Assembly (NCBI GenBank): GCA_024137785.1 | Contig: JAHRHZ010000022.1 | Span: 32,275,660-32,339,659, forward strand | DNA length: 64,000 nucleotides | Direction of reading: 5' to 3' | Source: Ginglymostoma cirratum | Taxonomy: Eukaryota | Part shown: piece by piece, positions 49,066 to 59,300 of the stretch | Layout of the letters: every line of letters begins with the position of its first letter | How positions within the stretch are numbered: the stretch's first letter is position 1 | Translations under genes and position numbers: made by a program | Notes under the pieces: model-generated | What the model saw: the letters and a program-made list of their open reading frames with translations, nothing else | The model's database searches: none | What the model was told of the DNA's origin: nothing

Positions 49066-51559
49066 TACTACTCCATTGTAGCCTTCTTCCTCTCCTCAGA
49101 GTTTCTGAGACTGTTCCAGCTACTGTAAACCTGTGGGCACCACCCCTTTGAAGGATACCTCTAATATGTTCCTGGGCCACCCACTGATCAAAGAGTCAGT
49201 AGCGGTACATTTTGCACTGGGTTGCAAGCTGCACTCCTGTTGATGAGCAAGTCACACAACGTTTGTGCTCTGTCTGCTCCATTTGGCTAGAAGCAGATTC
49301 ATTATGTATCATAATTCCAAAGCCCGAAAATGGATCCTTTCCAATTTTTGTCGGTATTCTCACATTTACTTTATAACATGCCCTCAAATGTAAACAATCA
49401 TTTTTGAATGGTTCAGTTTATTTACCTAAAATTCAAGTCTTTTGGATTGAAAATATATGAGTAAGTAAAGGTGATTGTTGGCTTTTTTTCTGGCACTATT
49501 GCTGTTGTCCTTGACAATTGGCTTCTGTGGCCACCTGTATACCAATGCGTGTATGGTCTAAATTGATCTCCATGCTAATCTAACAAATTGCATTGACTTC
49601 TGTGCAGGTGAGTAAAACAAATCCAACATGTGTGAATGCTACAGTGCGAGCAGTGAGCCCAAACTACATGCTGCACGTGTGGACAAGCAAATACCAGAGC
49701 ACAGTTTTCCCTAAGCCTAACCCCTGATCAAGAAATAACCAACTGGATCAGAATTACCATTTTAATCAAGAGGCACGAACTCGGCAAGGAATCAAGGAAT
49801 TTGCATCTCTCTTGTTTTACTCACTCACACCTGCATTCAAACTTTACTTGCTGGAGGTGAAATATTACCCGTGGAGTGTTGATTTTGAAAAAGACAGGAG
49901 CTAGCTTTGGAATACACAAATGAATCAAGTTTCTGTAACCTGTATGGAGCAATGAAGGTGAGAGAAAGTAACCTGGACTGATAAAAGCCAGGATATTGAA
50001 AGTTTTCTGTCCCTCTTTCAATCTTAGAAACAAATGCTGGTGAAAAAGCAACTTCACAAAGCCCAATGTTCACTGAGAAAGCAAGGTTTTCTGCAATTTC
50101 ACCCTCCTGAGGAAACAGGACGACAGCTAAACCGTTGAATCATGTTTCATTCTTGCAAATCAAGGACTGTCAAAACTTCAAACTGCAACGTCTGTACCTT
50201 TCTTTGTCTTTCGACACCTTTTTTAAAATTTTTAAAAAGAAATTGTTCCCGTTTGAAAGATAAGAAAACTGTGCTGTTTTTCAGTCAAGAAAACCTTTGG
50301 AATTGGTTCTCTTTCATTTTGGATCTGGTTAACTCAGTTTAATTGAAATGTATTAGCTACATGTTTCTAAAAAAAAATCAAAAATATTTGTTGCAAACAA
50401 CTGAAGAGGTTAAAAATACCAGCGGAGCCGATAGCCTCACCTCTTCTGGCCATTACACAATATTACAGCGATGGTAAATTGTGTCTGTTTAATGCTAATG
50501 AAACAACAATAATCTAGAGGCGTATATTTTAACCGAAAGGAAATGGTGAAAGTCTATGAGAGATATTGAGAATTCTTCAAATTGCATAAATGCTTTGCTC
50601 TATTATTGGCTCAGCCATCACTGAGGTGTGATGAGCACTGTTCTGGTATTCTCTTTACACACAACATGCCTCTGTGGTTATTCATCTTTTGGCTTTCTTG
50701 ATTACTTTCAGCCACCCATTCACACAAACCAAACACAAGCCCCAGGAGTAAAGCAGCAGTCTGCCACATGTAGGAATCTTTGACAGTGTGTTCCCCCTGA
50801 ATTTTTGACAGGACAATTGCAGGGTGAGCTGAAGCTGGCAATGTAGAATTATGGTGTATAACTCAGTGCTATTTTTGCACTGCACTTCAGACCTTGTCCT
50901 TTCTGTACTTTATCCTTCACCTGCCCCTTTGTACTCAGCAGAATAGCGATATTTGCCCTGTGATGAGCTCCCACTCAGCAGTTTGTTAATTGAAATGGGA
51001 AGTGACAGACTCCGTGAAGGAAAATCTACTTGCTGGACAACATGTATTACACCATCTGAACATTACTGTACTCACTGCAACAGTTTGCACTGTGCCGAGA
51101 AATACGTATTGATCTGCCTGAGTTTAATTTGATCAGGATAGAGACCTTTTATTACAGTCTTTTCCTTGCAACATTATATAAGATATGAGATCAAGAACTG
51201 TGCTGATGAATTTGGATTTGCAGGAATGCTGCAGTTGCTTAATTGAGATAAGGAAAGGCAAGGGTACCAGAAGGATAATTAATAAACAAATTAATGACTT
51301 TCTCCGTACCTTTTATCAGAATATAACAAAAAACAGCTGTACCAATAACTAAGGTTTAACTAGGGTTTAAAAATAAACTTAACCTAGAGAGGTTTGCTGC
51401 ATTCTGTCAAAAGTACAAAAGCACAGTGAAGATAATTAATCCTTTCGTTAGATACTCCTTCTTAGCAAAGCAACATTTTGACCACCAACAGAGCTGTCAA
51501 TGATTCCACTCGGTAATGTGCTACTGTGTGTGGGTAATGTCAATACACAACCAACCCAC

Positions 51560-52340
51560 TGCAATTTGCAAGTCTCTTCCTTGTTTGTTTGAATGGGAAC
51601 TGGTGGTTGGGAATTTAAATGTGACTTCAATCATTTCATCTTCTTGTGTGAGCAGATCGAGAGCCAAATTGTGGCTTTTGTGTTCCACCGCAAGATGCAT
51701 TGGGGGGGTGGGGGTCGACATATTCCTGTACATTCCACTTGTACAGGATGTCAAGGTTCTTTGAAAGCAGTTTTTGGCCTTTTCTGTGGGGGAGAAACAA
51801 TGAAACAAAGCAGGATTGTTATGAGCATCTAGACACACCAAAGAACTGCACCGTGAAATACCAGGATAGTTTTCCAATCTTCTTGCTTACAGTTCACAAG
51901 CCACGCCATTCACAGTAGGATATGAGATGTGTGTGTGAGATGAAACCAATTGTTATGCTAGTGGGACGATGATTTCTTCCAAGAACCATCGTTACAATAT
52001 AATGGCTGAACAATAAGACAGTGACTTTTTTTTTGTGACGCTCGGTGTTCCCCTGTGGGGATCTTTTCCTCAATAATACCAGGTAGTCGGCAGCTAAACA
52101 GCATGAAAACTAAACGTGCAGCTTAGCGCTATTGATCTTTGAAAATTTGATCATTGGGCCTAGCGATGACATTGCAGGCTCTGATTTTTCAGGCCATAAA
52201 CAGCTGCATGAATGTCGAAGCTGGATGATACGCATCCGACCCTCCCTGTGTCACTTTCCCTTGATCCCCATGTGAATAGACCTCTGCAGAGCAAATTGAG
52301 TGCGCTGGAAAATAGGGCTGCCAAATTGACTGAGTGTAGG
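51560..52340 (-). pseudogene. Highly decayed Harbinger (HARBI1-like) DDE transposase
   Basis: Collinear weak motifs on minus: ALNLLCRGLF (ALNFxxxGSFQ), YPTVNGVACE (xHSxNVQxVCD), NYPGISR (RYPGSxHD), KNCFQ..LD (KxRFRCLD), SHNLAL (LHNLAL), then acidic QEDE. Confidence 0.5.
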
Positions 52341-52615
52341 TCATGTTACAGCTGAAAATTTGTTTCACCACAAATACCTATTTAATGGTTTACCTATGGG
52401 CACGCTGCTACATTCGTGCTTCATGAGCCAACCACTACAGGGATGAGCATTGCTTGTTTAAATTATTGCAATATTAACATCACTAAACCATTGACTGTTT
52501 AAAGCACAAGATTCTGTTGAAGAGAGTCCAAATAATTCTTCTTGCAGTTTGAACAATAACTTTCAAAAGTCAATAGAAATGTCTGCCATGAAGTCACAGT
52601 TTATTCTCTTGCATT

Positions 52616-53310
52616 GATCATAAGAAATAGAAACCAGTGCAGGCCATTTGCCTCCTCAAACTTGCCCGACATTCAATAGAATCATGACTGATCCGACATT
52701 TGTAATGTCCACTTTCCTTCATTTTCCCCTAACCTTTGATTCCCCTACTGATCAATAATCTCACCCCCCACAGCTCTCTGTGGCAAGGAGTTCCAAGGAT
52801 TCACAAAATTCACCTTATCTCAGCATTAAATTGGTGCCCCTTTATCCTGAGAGTACTCCCAGTAGGCCTAGACTTCCCCATGAGGGGAAACAACATCTCA
52901 GCATTTATCCTATCAAGCCCCTTAAAATCTCACATGTTTCAATGAGGTCACCTCACATTCTTCTAAACTGCAGTGAGTAGAGTCCCAATCTGCTTAGCCA
53001 TGGCTTATAAGACAGTCACTCCATACCAGGGATCATCCCAGTAAACCTTCTCTGAACTGCCTGAAATGATATCTTTCCTTTAATAAGGGAGTCAAAACTG
53101 CTCACAGTCCTGCTGTGATGTGGTCTCATCATCACCTTGTACAGTTACAGTAAGACTTCCCTACTCTTATACTCCAATCCCATTGAAATAAGAGTCGACA
53201 TTCCATTAGCCTTCCTGATCATCTGCTGCACCTATATGCTAGCTTTCTGCGTTTCGTGCATAAGTATCCCTTTGGGTTGCATCTTTCAGCAGTTTTTCTT
53301 TGAACGTTTC
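52616..53310 (-). mobile_element. CR1 LINE 3' end
   Basis: cataagaaatagaaaccagtgcaggccatttg...gatcatgactgatc tail; gtaaaccttctctgaactgcc (AVQRRFT on minus). Confidence 0.88.
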
Positions 53311-53827
53311 TGAATTTCTTGCCTCTCTGTTTTTTTGTTTCTTTTCCCTGTGTCTTGTTTGCTGAAATTCACTAAGGTAAAACTTGATCCTTTGCTTCCT
53401 AATGATTTCAAGAAGGCGAAAATCAGACGGGTTCCACATTGGGAACCAATCTATTCTCGTACATTATTTTACAAATGATGACAGTGAAACGTTTCCCATT
53501 GTTTAGTCTCTGTTTATTGGTTTGGAATGATATGGGTGGCTTCATCGGTAGGAACCGAACACTTCCATGTGCCCTAAAGTTTTCTAGCATCCTTGTGGTT
53601 CTGAAGAGTTGAAATAGTTGTCTGTTCTTTATGGTTATGTCATGGTTTGAGCCATCTCAAAGTGAAAGTGAAATACATTTGATGCAGCGGGGGATTCAGG
53701 CCGGGAACATACTGCATGTTCAATGGAGACATTTAAGAGTGTATTAGTTCATTAATTACTAGGAAATAATGGGCAGAATTCTGAGAAAATGTCGGGCGAT
53801 AGCTGCTTGTTGGAAGTTTTTGAGGAG

Positions 53828-54425
53828 ATTTGTAGCTCGGGTTGTGGATGAGGGTGTAGACTCGCTCGCTGAGCCGGTGTGTTTGGATGCAGACGTCTCG
53901 TCACCCTGCTAGGTAACATCGTCAGTGCGCCTCCAGTGAGGCGTTGGTGTTCTGTCCCGCTTGTAATTTATATGCCTCGGTTCGCTGGGGTGGTTGGTAT
54001 CACTTCCGGTTCTGTTTTTGAGTGGTTTGTATATCGGGTCCAGTTTAATGTGTTTATTGACGGAGTTCCGGTTGGAATACCAGGCCTCCAGGAATATCTT
54101 GGCATGTCTCTGTTTGGCTTGTGCTATTATGGATGGGGTGTCCCAGTTGAATTTGTGTCCTCCTTTGCCCATGTGTATTGAGACCAGTGAGAATCGGTCA
54201 TCTCTCTTTTTGGCCAGTTGGTGTTTGTGTATCCTTTATTGCCAGTTTTGTTCCAGTTTGGCCTATGTAATGTTTCTCACAAACCTTGCATAGTATTTTG
54301 TATATTGCGATAGTTGTATTGGTTGTGGGTTTGGGATCTTTTATGTTCGTTAGTAGCTATCGCAGGATTGTTGTTGATACCTAGGGGTCTGAGTAGTCTT
54401 CTGGTCATCTCCATGTCTCTGATGT
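53828..54425 (-). mobile_element. 5'-truncated Penelope-like element (second, distinct family) with GIY-YIG domain and 3' hammerhead
   Basis: Minus translation IRDMEMTRRLLRPLGI / KDP...AIYKILCKVCEKHYIGQTG (YIGQTG 54269-54252) / HQLA...GHKFNWD..IIAQAKQRHAKIFLEAWYSNRNSVNKHIKLDPIY; frameshifted. Confidence 0.9.
53889..53928 (-). ncRNA. Type I hammerhead ribozyme of the PLE 3' repeat, with one core substitution
   Basis: Minus strand GCA-CUGACGA-U-GUUACC-UAGCAG-GGUGAC-GAGAC-GUC-UGC: helix I GCA/UGC, 6-bp helix II, GAAA changed to GAGA. Confidence 0.7.
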
Positions 54426-55204
54426 CAGTGTTGAGTTGATGGCAGAATGACCTGCTTCTACACTGTAACAGTTCTGTGATCTGCTTTATGAGAAAGGGAC
54501 TGCTTCGTCTGACTAGACTGGAGTTGAATCTTACCAGAAATGTCATTTTTGTTGCATTTCATTGGAGGATTTCTCTGCACGAACCCAAGCACATTTTCTC
54601 ACGTTATCTTCGCACTGTTGCCTTATTTCCTATGTGCCACACCCTTTATGATATCCCGGCCATCACATCCTCCCACTCACCACAGGTGGAGGTACTGCCC
54701 ACTGCTGGGACCTCCTGGGATTCCTGGTGTCAGTGCCATCTTCAGAGCCCCGCTGTGTACCCGGTCAAGTCTGCAGCCACCATATAGTTAACCTTATTTG
54801 TCCTGGACAAACCAGACAGAGGGGAATTGGCATCTCGCTTTGCCAATAGGGCCTTCAGGCTCCTGGGGGACAGGTTGTGTGTGCTGAGACGTTGGTGACT
54901 GATGGAGACCCAGATGAACAAGTGGTGAGCTGGAGCCACCAGACTACCACTCTGACTTGCCCGTTGGGAATCATCACCATTTATTTGCCATCCGGAGAGT
55001 GGCAGAATGGGAAACTGCATATCAGTTGAGGTGAGCTGTTGTAATAATGAGGTTGTTAGTCATGCAAATAGGCCTTTTAGCAATGTCTAGCAAGAATCCC
55101 ATCATAACATTCAACACGTGGTTGGAAATGAAGCCATTTGCTATCGACAGCAGGAGACCCTTTGCTGCTGATCACACACAGTTCTTTCAACTTTGTCACT
55201 AACG

Positions 55205-55575
55205 TTGCTGTCGTTCAGGGGCTAGGAAGATTCTGCATTGTGTGAATTCAGAAGCAGTCCTGTTTTAGGCCTCAAGAATAATTCGCTGTTCTTATAGATT
55301 AGAATATGAATTTTATAATTCATTTGACGTATTATTGTTGCAATTTAGAGGACAAGGAATTCACCTTGAAAAATGTTAATATTGACTGTGGACGTGTGCG
55401 CAGATTATGAGCTGGAATTTGAAGTTTGAAGTGGGTAGAGGGAATGAGGAAGTTTCCTGGTTCAGCACACCCATCTTGGGAGAAAGTGCCTGAGGAGATG
55501 TGATTTATGTTGCAGGAGCAGGAAGTGAAGTGGTGAACCGTGCTGGGTAAAAAGTCTGTCCTGATTCCCTGGGAC
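55205..55575 (+). pseudogene. Highly decayed Harbinger (HARBI1-like) DDE transposase, second trace
   Basis: Collinear VQG (55213), GIH..NVNIDCGRVRR (GFHSLNVQxVCDxxxR), RKFPGSAH (55447-55470; RFPGSxHD), LGKKSVLIPW (55543; LGDxGYxLxxW). Confidence 0.55.
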
Positions 55576-56339
55576 TTAGTTTCAGTTGTTTTATTCAGTA
55601 GTAGGCCCTTGCCTCTCATATCGCCGCCTATTCCCTTGTGCGCTATCCACACCAACTAATGTAAATCCATGTCCCCCACTCATCTCCAAAGCACACGTAC
55701 AGTCCATGCAAGCGACTGCTTCTCTTCATCTACCTCCAGTGGTCCCTCAGACCCTTCATGCCAAAGCTTAGCACTGCCATGCCAATTCGCCCAATGTGCA
55801 CTCCGCACAGAACAGTCAATCCTGTAATAATGATGGGAAATGGGAAATGGCTGAGAAAAATGCAAAAACATGAAATATGTCCTTTGGCTGAGAGCCCAGG
55901 CTTCCATTTGCTTGTTGAAACAGATACAGACGAAGAAAAATATTGCTCAGTCGATACTTTTTCTTTGTTATTTTTATCTATTTTGTTAAATGATACAATA
56001 TTTTCTGAAACAAAATAAAGATGTCAAGTGCTTATATTTTTTGCTACCAGCAATTTAAAGTTCCAGTTGATTGACACTCATGGGGTTGTAGAAAGAGCAG
56101 TTATTTACGAAATTTAGAAATGGCTGGTTGTAATAATATTTTCCTCAAGGGCCATCATTACTATAGGCTTCATTGGTTCTTCACATGGTATGAGGAGCCA
56201 TTGTGGGTGGGGGGTCATGAGGTAGGAGAGAGAGGATGTGTACAATGCTATTTGGATGAATGCAGTCATTAGTTAGTGTGGGGTGGCATTGATGAGACTT
56301 TCTGGAAGTTATCTTTCGAAAAACTTCTGAATCCAAATT

Positions 56340-56374
56340 ATGGCTCATGACTCCTCTGAGGTGTCATGAGCCAT
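56340..56374. repeat. Near-perfect 35-bp inverted repeat
   Basis: ATGGCTCATGAC-t-CCTC-t-GAGG-t-GTCATGAGCCAT. Confidence 0.9.
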
Positions 56375-59300
56375 TAATCATCCTGAACTTGGCTGAACAC
56401 CGTAAGAATTGCAGGCTGTCAGGAGATGCCTACGCTTGCATTAGAACCAACAAGTTTAGGTGTGTCGAGCGCAGGCTTGCTGTCTGCACCTTTCTCATTC
56501 ACTGTCAAAAATGAGGAACACCAGGACCGAGGGAGAGAATTCTGAATTTGGTACCTAGTCGGTCGTCATATCTAGTTATACAGTTATTTGCCTGAGGCAA
56601 CCGGTAAAATATTATATTGCAAAGGACGCCATTGTGCCAACATGTGTCCTGGAAGTGTGGATGTGCTCTCTTTGTCCATGAAAGATATAATAACATCACC
56701 TACCATTTAAAAATGAATGCAGTTCCACTGTCATATTTATTAACCGTTGGCCTCACCAGTGCTTTAATTTTATAGATGTTTGCCAAATGCGATCAGGTTA
56801 ATCAGTTCTGTGTTACTTGTGAATGCAACTTACAAGAAGCATTTCTTTACTATCCAAAACAGAGCTATGTTGTATCGAATACAGACATTTTTAAAAAGAG
56901 ATTTTTCAAATCCTACAAAGGCTGCACATTCAAAATATTCACAGGCTCCCAGCTCCTGACTAAAGCTCATAACCTATTCCTATCAACCCCTCCCCTTCTC
57001 AAACAAATCCATTATTTTCTGTGGAAACCGTGTTTTGAATTCTGTCAAATATATGCAATAGTCATTGAGTCTGCAATGCAACTGCTCGCCTGCATGCTTT
57101 TAAATAGCCTGAACTTTGTAACGATAAAGAAATCAGACAGGGTGATGTGTTATTAGCTGATGATTTCACCAGTAAATTACAGTTTTCTTGCATAATGTTG
57201 TTGATTTGCACTGTGTTACTTGGTGAAAATACGATGACCTCTTTGAAAATAGTGATGAAAAGCAATGCAATTTATTAAAGGCAACCCAAAAAAAAGTGCA
57301 ATTAACATGCTATCAAGCAAAACTGGCACAACTGATGTAAATAAAGTCAACAATAAATTAAGGTAATTTCCTTCGGCCGGAGCTATCTATTTGCCAGGTT
57401 CTCGAGAGTCATTTGCGAAGGTGCCTTTGTACGTGTTAGCTTTCGGTGCATTCATCACCTGTTGAAAAATAATGTAATTTGATGCTCTACTATTCAACAA
57501 AACAGAACAACACACACATTCGATAAATCAGGACAACACAAGTGATTCATGGTTTTGATTCTATTTGAAAGAGGAAAAAGTAATGTTAGTTTACAGCATC
57601 TTCTGTCAAATAAAATGTGTGCTGTGCAAGTGGGATTTCAGATGCCTTTAAAATCTAGACTGTTTAGTTCAGTACACAATTCCTCTGAAGTCAAGATGCT
57701 GCAATCCTGCTGAAGTAAGTTGGAACCCTTCTTGTAAGTCTATTTTTGGGGATGCTGCAAGAGAAATTGCTACTGAGAGATGTTTCATGTTTTCTCTGTT
57801 TATAGAAGAACTTATCAATACTTCTTATAATGAAAACTGTACAGTAGTCAAAATTCACTAGCCGGCATGTTATGCAATGAAAAAATAAGTGTGGATATTA
57901 CCGTGTCTCATCCTTTACTTGAGGACAGAATTTCTGGTTGATTTGTTCAGAAATGCAAGTTACTTCAGTTCTTTTTAGCTAGTTGGCAGCAACCCAAGTT
58001 AAAAAGTTCTTTGACTTTTCAAGTTGCAATTTTGTTGAAATAAAAATCAGAATAAAGAGACTTCAAAAGGTTTTATTTTGATTTTCCTACTATTTTGAGT
58101 ATATTAATGTCTTCCATTTCACGACAGTTAAAAGCATTTCCCATGTCTTACTGGAATTAGAATGTAACCTTAACGAAACCTGCTGACCACAAATACTGTA
58201 TCAGTTTCATTTCAACCATCAAATGGAAAATTGCAAGTAATACATCTTACTTTTGACAATATAATTGATTTTCTATTGATTTACTTGACATCTGATGTTA
58301 TCCTAATTCTGTTATTGAGCTTAATGCCAGATATTGTCAGAATATTTTTAAAAAAAGAAGAATGAAAGCAGTCGTTTTGTTAGGAAAATGAGATTGGCAG
58401 CGTTCCTCTTTCCTTGAAATTGCTTCACCATAGTGATAGCATCCAAGATATCACACTGTATCTCTACATCATTTTCAAATCTGTTATTAATTTTATTTTT
58501 ATTCACGACTACTGTGAAGCTGTGCCGTAGGTTATTCAGTGCTGCCTTTTGTTCTGTAAATGTGTGTGCTCTGAGGTCATGTGTACAAGTCTCACTAACT
58601 GAAGAATTTATATTGAAGATCATAACATGGGTGTTACTGCTTAGTGAATTGTTTCTGTCATCTGTGTTTGCAAAAGGTCACCACCTCAGATTGTGAATCA
58701 AATCTGGAGCAACCCACAACTGCAACCGTATATTTTTCGCATCAGAAAAAATATTTTGCTTTAAGCAAAATGGTGATAGTTTTGCTTGTCAACCATCACA
58801 ATCCACGTTTCTGGTCCTTTTTATTTTTGGGTTAATTCAGCCCCTTTGTCGAGCAAATAGTATTTTGGATTATGCAAGCGTTGTTATCTTTGTTTTTCTT
58901 GCATCTGAATAATATATTTTATTGCCATGGTAAATGTTCAAATGTACGCTTGCCGGCCTGTAGTGGCTAATTAACTGATGATAACAAGGCATAGATGCCC
59001 TCTTTCTTTTCACAGGCAATCATATACATGACAGTTCTTTTATCTCCAGACAAAATTGACATGCCTCTCGACCCTCCTCTCTTTGCAATTTGTGTGTTGG
59101 CGTGTGATGATGTCTTTACAAGAATGTTAATTTTTTTGTGGCATGTAACCAGATATAATTGACTCCATGGACTCCAAAAGAATAACACTACATGTGACGA
59201 GTAGATTAGACAGGACCTTTTACCTTTCCCATTGAAAACAGAACAGCCTCTTTTGAGGCTTTCAGAAAACTATTTAGATCACTTATTTTTGAACAATATA

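Noticed and set aside
58348-58623. Minus-strand 91-aa ORF as a coding exon
   Set aside because: No convincing splice donor and no recognisable domain; overlapped by an equally long plus-strand ORF.
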